Assembly: GCA_963754925.1 (NCBI GenBank)
Contig: CAVWHX010000004.1
Coordinates: 1,408,001-1,472,000, forward strand
Direction of reading: 5' to 3'
DNA from: an uncultured delta proteobacterium
GTDB taxonomy: Bacteria > Myxococcota > B64-G9
DNA length: 64,000 nucleotides
This document shows, piece by piece, positions 18,852 through 27,632 of the stretch. Numbering within the stretch: position 1 is the stretch's first letter; each line of letters begins with the position of its first letter. Below the pieces are notes generated by a model. That model ran no database searches and was not told the DNA's origin. It saw only the letters and a list, made by a program, of their open reading frames with translations. A program made the position numbers and the translations under genes.

Positions 18852-18974
18852 GCGGCTGACGAGAAACGGCCATCTGCTGCGTTACACGAATCCTTCGCCG
18901 CTGCGACGTACATTAAGTACGCCTCACTCCTCAGGATCCGTGCGCCTTGCATCTGGCCATTTCTCCTCAGCCGC
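18852..18974. repeat. ~120-bp element with terminal inverted repeats inside the nik operon
   Basis: GCGGCTGACGAGAAACGGCCA ... TGGCCATTTCTCCTCAGCCGC; core GACGTAC-N-GTACGCCTCA. Confidence 0.75.
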
Positions 18975-19060
18975 AACCAAATATCTACTCAAAGTGCGTG
19001 CATCTTACGAACAAAAAATCCATAGATCCCCCGCGCTCTGGTCAATCCCGAACGTGTCCG

Positions 19061-20110
19061 CTAGATGGAATTGCCCAGCTTGCGCAGGACAAAACCGATG
19101 CAGCCGGCCAGGATCAAGGTCATTCCCCCACCGACGATGCCGGAGACCGAGGTGCCGGCGCTGATTCTGGGCCACGCCTTGGCGGCTTTGGGCTCGGCGG
19201 TTTGGGCGGTTCCCTGCGCCTCAGTCGGGGTCCTGAAATCATAATCGGGCAGGAGGGCCGTTTGTTCCTGGATGCGCGCCAGATTGCCACGGATGGCATC
19301 AGCGGGACCGGCGAGTTCTTCCTTGCCGGAGGTACGGAGCAGGGCCCATTCCAGTCCGTCGGGATGCGTCGAGGCGAACCAGGCCAGAATGCCGCCGGTG
19401 AACATGGCCGCGACGGCCAGGCCGATAAGCAAAGGACGCAGGGAGAAATTCCCGGGCGTCCTCTCGTAAGCGGTCGGCTCAAGGACTTCGGGTCGCGCCC
19501 GCCAGACAAAGGTGACCACGGCGCTGGTCACAAAAGCTTCCACGATGCCGATGGCCAGATGGATGGGCTGCATGAGCAGCGCGAAGGTGGTGAAGGGCAG
19601 CTCGCTTACCCCGGAGGCGAGCGTTTCCAGCACCACGCTGAAGGCCCCTAGCTGCAGGCCGACGATGGCGGCCAGCGACCCGCCCAGGAAGATTCGGCGC
19701 GGTGTGGGATTGAGCCCCACAATAGGTTCATAGATGAACGGGTAGGCCAGGAAACACGGCCAGAAACCGAGGTTGAAGATATTACACCCCAGGGCCAAGA
19801 GGCCTCCGTCCCCGAAGAACAGGGCCTGCACCGTGAGCACCGAAGCCATGGTGAGAAAGGCGGCATGTGGTCCGAGCAGAATTGCCAGGATCATACCCCC
19901 TCCCAGGTGGCCGCTGGAGCCGGTAGCCGGGATGGTGAAGTTGATCATCTGGGCGGCGAAGATGAAGGCCCCCAGCACCCCCATGAGCGGCACGCGGCTA
20001 TCATTGGACTCATTCTTCAGCTTGCCTGCGGAATACACGGTCAGCCCGGCCGTGGTAAGCCACAGGGCGCCACCAACCGCGGGTGAAATTAAGGCGTCGG
20101 CCATATGCAT
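19061..20110 (-). CDS. Fused NikM-NikN (CbiM family plus PDGLE domain) ECF S component
   Basis: Metal-binding N-terminus MHMADALISP, AAQMINF..GSSGHLGG, later PDGLE and LPDY; nickel specificity inferred from context. Confidence 0.9.
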   Translation of the reverse strand: MHMADALISPAVGGALWLTTAGLTVYSAGKLKNESNDSRVPLMGVLGAFIFAAQMINFTIPATGSSGHLGGGMILAILLGPHAAFLTMASVLTVQALFFGDGGLLALGCNIFNLGFWPCFLAYPFIYEPIVGLNPTPRRIFLGGSLAAIVGLQLGAFSVVLETLASGVSELPFTTFALLMQPIHLAIGIVEAFVTSAVVTFVWRARPEVLEPTAYERTPGNFSLRPLLIGLAVAAMFTGGILAWFASTHPDGLEWALLRTSGKEELAGPADAIRGNLARIQEQTALLPDYDFRTPTEAQGTAQTAEPKAAKAWPRISAGTSVSGIVGGGMTLILAGCIGFVLRKLGNSI

Positions 20111-20142
20111 CGGAATACCTCTGGAATACCTCGTGGTTTTGA

Positions 20143-20169
20143 GTATCACGAATGTATAATTCGTAACAA
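20143..20169. promoter_or_regulatory. Putative NikR operator upstream of nikMN
   Basis: GTATCAC-N13-GTAACAA; same spacing as the perfect site at 20738. Confidence 0.6.
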
Positions 20170-20335
20170 CTTAATAAATATTATCGCTTGGTGCGTCACC
20201 GGTGCAGATCCCAGCGCTCGCGAATTTATGTTAGCATTGACTACGTTGAATGCGATCGATCACTGATCCGGGAAAACCAATCGAGAAGATACAGGTGGCC
20301 CTCGAAGATGGGTAAGAGGTTCCTACTCGCCTGTA

Positions 20336-20599
20336 TTAATGAGTGTGGGTATGGGCCTCTTTCTCATGTTTCCCGTGTGCGTGATCGTGGCTACCATGCT
20401 CTTTTATGTGGTTGTGGTTATGAGTGCTTGAGCCGGCGCCGTGCTTGTGGGCGTGTTTGTGTTCATGGGCATGCTCATGGCTGTGCTTGTGTTCGTGTTC
20501 GTGTGAATGCGCCGTATCTCCATGGGCATGTTTGTGCTCATGAAGATGAGGGTGTCCATGAGCATGTAGATGTTTGTGTTCGTGGTTTCCATCGATGAT
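20336..20599 (-). CDS. Extremely His-rich small protein (34 His in 87 aa); candidate nickel storage/chaperone; not in the ORF track
   Basis: Hand translation IIDGNHEHKHLHAHGHPHLHEHKHAHGDTAHSHEHEHKHSHEHAHEHKHAHKHGAGSSTHNHNHIKEHGSHDHAHGKHEKEAHTHTH*; GGAGG 6 nt before the first ATC; no in-frame ATG. Confidence 0.8.
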   Translation of the reverse strand: MIDGNHEHKHLHAHGHPHLHEHKHAHGDTAHSHEHEHKHSHEHAHEHKHAHKHGAGSSTHNHNHIKEHGSHDHAHGKHEKEAHTHTH

Positions 20600-20709
20600 A
20601 CTTAACCTCCGTTCATGGTTCTTGAATATAGTATAGTATAAGAGAAATGGAATTAAAATCTCAAATCCGACCTTTGTTCTTCTCTAGGTTCGGCGTAGCT
20701 CATTTTCAC

Positions 20710-20766
20710 TTGACAAGCGAGGATCGCTTGTGGTTAAGGTATTACGATTTTATATTTAGTAATACC
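20710..20766 (+). promoter_or_regulatory. Promoter -35 (TTGACA) and perfect NikR-like operator
   Basis: TTGACA 20710-20715; GGTATTAC-N13-GTAATACC 20738-20766, over the expected -10/+1 region. Confidence 0.7.
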
Positions 20767-20793
20767 AATATCAACTGGAAAGGAGCACCTACG

Positions 20794-21288
20794 ATGAGGA
20801 TTTTCACAAAAGCCGTTGCGTTGTTTTTCGTGTCATCGACATTGCTGTTAGGTTGCGGCGATGACAAGGGTTCTGCCGTGGTCTCGATTATGAATGACTT
20901 CAATGATTCCACTATGGCCTATCAGCCGCCGTGGACGATCTGCGAGTCGTCGTACCTCGGTGTTGAGTTCGGGAAGATCGAACTCGGAGCAACCAGCGCG
21001 AAGCAGAAGGTTGTTCCCGGTCTGGACTATGTTCTGATGGTGGCGGCCTGGGATGATACGACCTGCGCGGTGGAGCACTGCCTGCCCCTCGCCTCGGAGA
21101 ACGAGGAGGAGGTGGTGGACGGCCAAACCCGGACCATCGCCATAAACATGGCGAACCATCAGGGCCCCTGTCCACCCGAGGGCGTAGCGCCCATACCCGA
21201 GGCGCAGTACGACCGCATCCTACAACTGTGGCCTGAATACAACTTCAAGCCCTACGCGCAGAGAACTGAAAACACGGAGTGTCAATAA
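20794..21288 (+). CDS. Cys-rich lipoprotein of unknown function
   Basis: AAGGAG RBS; MRIFTKAVALFFVSSTLLLG/C lipobox; CAVEHC, HQGPCPP. Confidence 0.85.
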   Translation: MRIFTKAVALFFVSSTLLLGCGDDKGSAVVSIMNDFNDSTMAYQPPWTICESSYLGVEFGKIELGATSAKQKVVPGLDYVLMVAAWDDTTCAVEHCLPLASENEEEVVDGQTRTIAINMANHQGPCPPEGVAPIPEAQYDRILQLWPEYNFKPYAQRTENTECQ

Positions 21289-21373
21289 AAATGGCTTTCC
21301 CACTTTCTCGGCTGCTTGCCATGCCATTACGTACATAATGCTAGAACGATCGAGCAGAGGTTTTTGCAGAAGC

Positions 21374-21847
21374 ATGAGCTTGTCGATAAAAGTGCCCATC
21401 ATTCTTATGCTGCTTGTTTGCGGCGGCTGCGACCTTGAGTATCCGGAGGTCGCGGTCATCAATAAAACCGCCGAGTACATCTTAATCAAGAACCCAAGCT
21501 TCAACGGATGCGTGTGGAACACCGTCCTCGCTTACGGAGCCGCGACCTCGCCGGGGCGCTGCCTTCCTGGCGACGACCACGTCCACTTCCAAAAGCTGGA
21601 TGTTCAAGCGTACTGCCAAGAGCAAGCTGAAGACGGCACCTTGCCTGGCGTTTGCCCGTGTGACGGGGGTGTTGCGATTTCGCCGGACGGCGGCGTCGAC
21701 CAGGGTCTCGTGAACGCGGTACCGCTCTGGTTTAACTACGAGACCGTCTCAATCAAGCATGTCAACTATGGGCAATTTCATCTCTTCGAAATCACTCTCG
21801 ACGACATGGAACAGGACTTCTCTATGCCCGGCCCCTATGGCCATTGA
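21374..21847 (+). CDS. Second Cys-rich lipoprotein, ending in PGPYGH
   Basis: Hydrophobic signal ending VCGG/C; weak similarity to the upstream lipoprotein (GATSAKQKVVPGLDYV vs AATSPGRCLPGDDHV). Confidence 0.8.
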   Translation: MSLSIKVPIILMLLVCGGCDLEYPEVAVINKTAEYILIKNPSFNGCVWNTVLAYGAATSPGRCLPGDDHVHFQKLDVQAYCQEQAEDGTLPGVCPCDGGVAISPDGGVDQGLVNAVPLWFNYETVSIKHVNYGQFHLFEITLDDMEQDFSMPGPYGH

Positions 21848-21852
21848 GGAGC

Positions 21853-23747
21853 ATGTCGATGAAGGCGGCTCCTTGGTTGTTAATCGCGTTGTTGATGGTA
21901 TCCGTCACCGCACGAGCCAACGACGAGCCGCCTCTGCCGCCGGATAACATCGCCGACGCACAGCCGCCGTCGAACGAGCCCACCGAAGAAGTGGTGGTGG
22001 TTGGCCGCAAACCAATCTCAGCGGACCGCACGCAGGATGCAACGCAGGTCGACGGCCAGCGCATTCGTGACAGCTCACGCGGCGGCACGTTCGATGCGCT
22101 CTCGCAAGATGCAGCCGACGTGTATGTGCCCGGGGGTGGCGTCGCTTTGCACGGCGTGTCTAACGGAGCAACGGGCGGCATCATGATTCGCGGTCTCGGA
22201 GGAAGCCCCAATTCTCAGGTTCTCGTGGTCGAGGATGGCGTGCCCGACTACCAGGGAATCTTTGGTCACCCGATTCCCGACGCTTATATACCAACCCTTA
22301 TCGACGAGGCGTTGGTCATAAAGGGGGGCGATTCGACCCTATACGGCACCAATGCCATGGGCGGCGTCGTGGTTATCCGCAGTCGTTGGCGCGACCAGGA
22401 GGGATACGAGTTCTTGAATGATGCCGCTTACGGTAGCTATGCGACGCTGCGCGAATCCGCGTCCTTCCTCGGGCGCTTCGGCGCCTGAGATGTCGCCGCG
22501 GCGTTTTACGACCTGAAGACGGACGGACACCGGGAGGGCGCCGGCGGTAACGACATGGTCGGGACGACCGCGTTGCGGTACCGAGTATTGCCGGACCTTT
22601 GCGTCACTTTAAGAAACAAAGTCGTTCATGTCGAGGGCGGCGACCCAGGTCCCGTCACCAACCCGACGATCGATCACTGGTTCGATGTCTGGCGCGACAA
22701 TGCCTCGCTCCAACTTGCCTATACGCCCGAAGCGTTTCGTCTCACATTCACTCCTTACTTGAATGTGGAATTCATCGCCTCTATGACGGGTTCTATGCCC
22801 AAGACTACGTTGGCGGGGGTATCGGCGAGTTGGATATGCGCCTGCATCGTACGACGAAACTGCTTGTTGGGCTTGCGGCTGAGTGGATTGATGGCACGGT
22901 GAAAAATCGTATCACGGGCGTGCGGCCGAATGTCCGCGGCCATTCGGATACCTCCTTTTACAATCAGCTCACCCTGCGGCCGGTCGATTCTCTAACTATT
23001 ACGTTGGGAAGCCGGGAGCTTTAAAGCAGCAAGTATGGCTTCGTGCCTCTCTACAAAGCCGGCGCACGGCTTGGATATCGGCCAGGGCTTTCTACCTGCA
23101 ACGCCGCGTGTCCCGGAACTTCCGGCAGCCGACTATTCGCGAGCTCTACCTGCCGTACCCGACGGCCAACCCCGACCTCAAGCCGGAGTACGCGCTCAAC
23201 GGGGACTTCGGCGCCGGCTTACGTTCGGAGCACTTCGAGCTCGCTGCAGCGGCTACCGCACCGAGGCCCAGGACCTCATCAAGTACTTCGGCGTGTGGCC
23301 CTCCGCCGAGGTCGTCAACATCGACCACATCGTCATCTGGGGCGTCGAGGGCGCGGGTCGCGCGTGCAAGCGGATCGGGCCGCTCTCGGCCTATCGTCAC
23401 CGGCGACTGGCAGGACGTCGGCCGCTACACGCGGCAGAACCCGGATGCGAAGGTCAATTTCACCCTGGAAGTCACACAGGAATTCGGCGCCCACTTCTTC
23501 TTCGCCAGCCTGACCGGCGAATGGGTGCACGGCCTCTACATGGCAGACTACAACCGGCAGCCGCATCCCGGACGTCTTTGTGATGGACTCGGCCCTGCGC
23601 TACCGCTATACGTCTGCGGAGAGCGCGGCATCGCCATCGAGCCGTACTGTTCTCCTGCGCAACTTCCTCGACCGGCGTTACGCCTACGTCGAGGGCTATC
23701 CGATGCCCGGCTTCAACGTCCTCGCCGGGCTGAAGATCGGGATCTGA
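21853..23747 (+). CDS. TonB-dependent receptor, broken by an in-frame TGA (22486) and several frameshifts
   Basis: Signal peptide; EEVVVVG TonB box; IRGLG..VLVVEDG..VIKGGDSTLYGTNAMGGVVVI plug; FRQPTIRELY..NPDLKPE; C-terminal GFNVLAGLKIGI*. Confidence 0.85.
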
Positions 23748-23748
23748 A

Positions 23749-24287
23749 ATGAGCAGTCGCCTACTCACCTCGCGAGCTCGCATACTGCGGGCCTGTTCGG
23801 CGCCGCGTCTCTGCTGCTACCCGTGCTCTTCCACCTGGTCCACCTGGGCACGTCTTCATGCCCATGTACCTTCCGCTTGTGATTGCTTGCTTTTTTTGTC
23901 GGTCCATTGCCGGCCGCCGTCACCGCGTTCATTGTGCCATTGCTGTCGGGGGCCGTGACCGGCATGCCGCCCTTCTATCCGCCGGTGGCGATCTTCATGG
24001 CGATCGAGCTTGCTACGATGGCGGCGCTGATTGCTTCCCTAGTTCGCCGCTGGCCGCGAATCAACGAATGGTTGGTGTTGATTCCGGTTCTTCTGCTTGG
24101 GCGGGTTCTCTATGTCGGGCTGGTGTATGGCTTCTCTCTGGTCATTGCACTCCCGGCGGGCTTCATGGCCGGCATGTCCTTCCTGAGCGGCTGGCCCGGC
24201 ATCATCCTGATGGTCGTCGTGGTGCCGCCGTGGCAAGAGTGGGGCGAGAGGACGGCTCGGCTTGGGGTTGAGCGCGAAAAGGAGTAA
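23749..24287 (+). CDS. ECF transporter S component, frameshifted
   Basis: Joined frames read GLFGAASLLLPVLFHLVHLG..FMPMYLPL..AFIVPLLSGAVTGMPP..MAIEL..GWPGIIL. Confidence 0.75.
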
Positions 24288-24292
24288 GTCGA

Positions 24293-24904
24293 ATGAACAC
24301 AAACCAAGGGGCCATGTTCTTCGATGGCATCGCAGAGAAGTGGGACGGCTGGGAGGACCTGGACGAGCTCGCGCGCAAGCTTGCCGCGGGTCTCGAGGAG
24401 CTGGGGGTAGGCAGAGACGAGACGGTGCTCGACATCGGTTGCGGGACGGGCAATCTCACCCGAGCGCTCCTCGCCCGACTTCCCCTGCCGGCCGGGTGGT
24501 GGCCGTCGACATCTCGCCGCGCATGATCGAGATTGCGCGCCGCAAGGTTAGTGACGGGCGGGTCACGTGGCACGCCGGCGACGCTCGATCGCTGCCCCTC
24601 GCGGATGCGTCATGCGACCGCGTCATATGCTATTCGGTGTGGCCGCACTTTGACGACCGTGCGGCGATCGCGAACTGAGCTAAGCAGAGTGCTGAGGCCC
24701 GAGGGCTGTCTTCACATCTGGCACTTGATGGCGCGAGAACGCGTCAATGAGATCCACGCTGCGGCGGATGCGGCGGTGCGGCATGACCTGCTGCCACCTG
24801 CACGGGAAACGGCACAACTGCTCGCCGTCGCCGGATTCCAAATCACAACCGTTGTCGAAAATCAGGAGCGCTACCTGGTAACGGCGATCAAACTGGCACG
24901 GTAG
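24293..24904 (+). CDS. Class I SAM-dependent methyltransferase (UbiE-like), frameshifted
   Basis: FFDGIAEKWD, VLDIGCGTG, VVAVDISPRMI, YSVWPHF, RVLRPEG spread over three frames. Confidence 0.8.
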
Positions 24905-24910
24905 GTAATC

Positions 24911-25672
24911 ATGCGAACGCCATGGCACAAGATCTGGGGATGTGCGCGAGGCCCGGTCACGGGTCTGGCTCCGCATACCCGTATTGTGACCGGCGCCACG
25001 ATGTTCGCCGCCTGCATGGTGACCCCAGCTGACACCGTTATCGGGTCGTTTCTCGTCATGGGCATTGCTGTGGCGTGGACAATCGCGTGCCGGCCACCGC
25101 TTAACGTTGTAGGCGCCACGCTGTTTTTCGGACTAGCGCTGTTTCTACCATACTTCCTGCTGGTGCCTCTTATTCCGGTAGATTCCTCCCTTGCGTCGGA
25201 ACACTGGCAGCGGGCGTTTGTCGTCCCTTGGAGCGTTCTGCTTCGCGGACTCAGCGGTATGTTGATCTCGATAGGCACAGCGGCCGCGTTGAGCGCAAGC
25301 GATTTGCGGGAGGGGCTGGTTCGTCTTCCCGTTCCGACCGTAGTGACCGCGATTTTGCTACAAATTGTTCATCAGACAGCGACGCTTTTTTATGAGACCA
25401 GGCGGGTGGCCTCGGCCGTGGCTGTGCGCGGGGCGTCGACCGGTGGTGTCGCCGTGTGGCGCGTGCTCTTTTCGCTGCCGCGCGTTTGGCTTCCACGGAT
25501 CATCGTGCGCGCGGAACGGGTGGCGGCCGCCATGGAGCTACGGGGCTACTGCGACGGCGACCTCCGGCCTTTTCAGCGGGTCACGATGGGAGTTGCCGAC
25601 GGCGTCGCCCTCGTGCTGGCCGTCGGTGTATTGGGGTTGGCGGCGACTATCCGCCTCTGGAGCATTCGATGA
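24911..25672 (+). CDS. ECF transporter T component
   Basis: Multiple transmembrane segments; AVAVRG and AMELRGY Arg motifs. Confidence 0.85.
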   Translation: MRTPWHKIWGCARGPVTGLAPHTRIVTGATMFAACMVTPADTVIGSFLVMGIAVAWTIACRPPLNVVGATLFFGLALFLPYFLLVPLIPVDSSLASEHWQRAFVVPWSVLLRGLSGMLISIGTAAALSASDLREGLVRLPVPTVVTAILLQIVHQTATLFYETRRVASAVAVRGASTGGVAVWRVLFSLPRVWLPRIIVRAERVAAAMELRGYCDGDLRPFQRVTMGVADGVALVLAVGVLGLAATIRLWSIR

Positions 25673-26397
25673 ACGAATCGGCGCTTGCCTTTCATGACGT
25701 CAGTGTTCGCTACGAGCCGGGCGAGGAGGCGACCGTGGCGGGCATATCGTTCTCGGTGGCAGCTGGGGAGCGCGTCGCGTTGGTTGGGCTCAATGGGTCG
25801 GGCAAGACGACTATTCTAATGACCGCGGTCGGTCTCGTCCCGCACCAGGGTGAGATCCGGGTCGGCGGTGTTGTGCTTACGCGCAAGACACTATCACCAA
25901 TCCGAGACCGAATCGGGTTTCTTTTCAACGTCCCCGAGGATCAGCTCCTCTTCTCGCGGGTGGTTGACGATGTTGAATTCGGCCTTCTACGCAGGGGTCG
26001 GTCCTCGTCCGAAGCAACGGCGAAAGCCGTGCAGACCCTCGATGAACTGGGGGTCGCACACCTCGCCGAATCTCCGCTCCACCACCTTTCGCACGGACAA
26101 AAGCAGCGGGTGGCCCTTGCCGGGGCACTCGCCGCGGACCCGCACTTGCTACTCCTCGATGAACCATCTGCGGGGCTTGACCCACCGGGTAAGCGCGTTC
26201 TCGCCCGGCTTCTCGAACGACCTGGCGCAGCGATGCTGGTCGCTACGCACGACCTCGACTTTGCTGCACGGGTGTGCAAGCGGTTTATCATGCTCGATCA
26301 AGGCCATATCGTCTTCGACGGTGCAGATACCGCAACGGTGCTTCAACGCTGGGAGATGGGCGAGCCAACGCTCGCGAATAGGAATATGTCTTTTTAA
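25669..26397 (+). CDS. ECF transporter ATPase
   Basis: GLNGSGKT, PEDQL, LSHGQKQRV, LDEP, ATHD; ATGA overlap with the T gene. Confidence 0.9.
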   Translation: MNESALAFHDVSVRYEPGEEATVAGISFSVAAGERVALVGLNGSGKTTILMTAVGLVPHQGEIRVGGVVLTRKTLSPIRDRIGFLFNVPEDQLLFSRVVDDVEFGLLRRGRSSSEATAKAVQTLDELGVAHLAESPLHHLSHGQKQRVALAGALAADPHLLLLDEPSAGLDPPGKRVLARLLERPGAAMLVATHDLDFAARVCKRFIMLDQGHIVFDGADTATVLQRWEMGEPTLANRNMSF

Positions 26398-26435
26398 TAA
26401 GCCCTATCACCACTTTCTACAATGTTGTTCAGCTC

Positions 26436-27404
26436 CTAAATCCCGCCGCCTTCGGTGAAGCGCTCTTCTTGCACTTGCGCTTGGGTGATGCGGGAGCCGG
26501 GCGGGACGCTGCGGGTGAGCCAGACATTGCCGCCGATGCTAGAACCCGCGCCGATAGTTACCCGACCGAGGATGGTGGCGCCGGCATAGATGATCACGTC
26601 GTCTTCGACCTGGGGGTGACGCGGTATACCCTTCACCAGGTGGCCTTGATCGTCGAGCGCAAAGCTTTTGGCGCCAAGGGTCACGCCCTGATAGAGCCGC
26701 ACCCGCTTCCCGATCACCGCCGTTTCGCCGATCACGACGCCGGTGCCGTGATCGATGAAAAAGAACTCCCCGATCTTCGCTCCGGGATGAATATCGATAC
26801 CCGTGGTGCTGTGGGCATGCTCGGTGATGATGCGTGGAATCAGCGGCACTCCAAGAACATGCAGCTCATGGGCCAAGCGATAGTTGGTGATGGCCAGAAT
26901 TCCCGGGTAACAGAAGATGGCCTCACTCGGCGAGGTGGCGGCCGGGTCGCCCTCGTAGGCTGCCTGCACGTCGGTAACCAGGAGCTGGCGCACCTCCGGC
27001 AGGCCATGCATGAAACGGCAGATAATCTCCGTGGCGCGAGCGTCGCATTCTGGGCAATGGGTTGGATCTTCCCCACAGACAAAGCAAAGCCCGCGCTTAA
27101 CCTGCTCGTTGAGGCTATTTTGAATGCCATCAAGGGTGGCGCCGACATAAAAACGCATGGTCTCGTCGTTTATGTCGGGAGGGCCGAAGTAACCAGGAAA
27201 CAGCACCTCGCGCAGCATCTCGATGATCCGGACGATCTCGTCACGCGAAGGCAGCATTTGTTTTCTAAGGCCCTGAAGGTCGCGCCGGCTCAGACCGTTC
27301 TGCGAGGAGCACAGATCCTCAACTACCGGGGTCAACAACGGAAAATGCGGTTTGGGATGCGCGCACACCAAATCTTCTGGTTTCGTGGAGTCAATCTCTT
27401 TCAT
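26436..27404 (-). CDS. cysE: Serine O-acetyltransferase
   Basis: GDPAA, TGIDIHPGAKIG, FIDHGTGVVIGET, YQGVTLG, RHP. Confidence 0.92.
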   Translation of the reverse strand: MKEIDSTKPEDLVCAHPKPHFPLLTPVVEDLCSSQNGLSRRDLQGLRKQMLPSRDEIVRIIEMLREVLFPGYFGPPDINDETMRFYVGATLDGIQNSLNEQVKRGLCFVCGEDPTHCPECDARATEIICRFMHGLPEVRQLLVTDVQAAYEGDPAATSPSEAIFCYPGILAITNYRLAHELHVLGVPLIPRIITEHAHSTTGIDIHPGAKIGEFFFIDHGTGVVIGETAVIGKRVRLYQGVTLGAKSFALDDQGHLVKGIPRHPQVEDDVIIYAGATILGRVTIGAGSSIGGNVWLTRSVPPGSRITQAQVQEERFTEGGGI

Positions 27405-27632
27405 GGTATTCTCCCTGCTCAATTCCAAGAAAACTCCTAATATAAAACATGTTGCGCTGATTCTCGCAAGTCATAGATGGGCGCAAAAAATATCTCTTGA
27501 TCTATGAGAAAAACAACGCTACACAAAGACGCGCATCTTAGTGATTGACACAAGAGTCAAAAATCTGTAAGGGAGAAATGAGTGGGAGTATTTTTGTACA
27601 CATGATACCCAGCCTCTGAAGGGAGTGAACGG

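Noticed and set aside
20404..20592. ORF-track peptides METTNTNIY.. (minus) and the Cys/Val-rich ORF 20188-20598 (plus)
   Set aside because: Most simply explained as shadow frames of the His-rich coding sequence; their odd Thr/Asn/Met and Val/Cys composition follows from shifted or antisense CAY codons.
20627..20640. ATATAGTATAGT shared with 34377-34388 as a metal-regulator operator
   Set aside because: Low-complexity, not dyad-symmetric, and explainable as -10-like hexamers (TATAGT/TATACT); two copies are insufficient support.
22486..22488. In-frame TGA in the TBDR as selenocysteine or genetic-code reassignment
   Set aside because: Context (FGA*DVA) fits Trp in a barrel strand; neighbouring sequence is error-rich; TGA is used as a normal stop in many genes here; no SECIS recognised.
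26469..27440. Long antisense ORFs (for example 26469-27440, 27519-28466, 34550-35587, 29415-30209)
   Set aside because: They overlap well-supported genes on the opposite strand, show no motifs, and are expected in GC-rich coding DNA.
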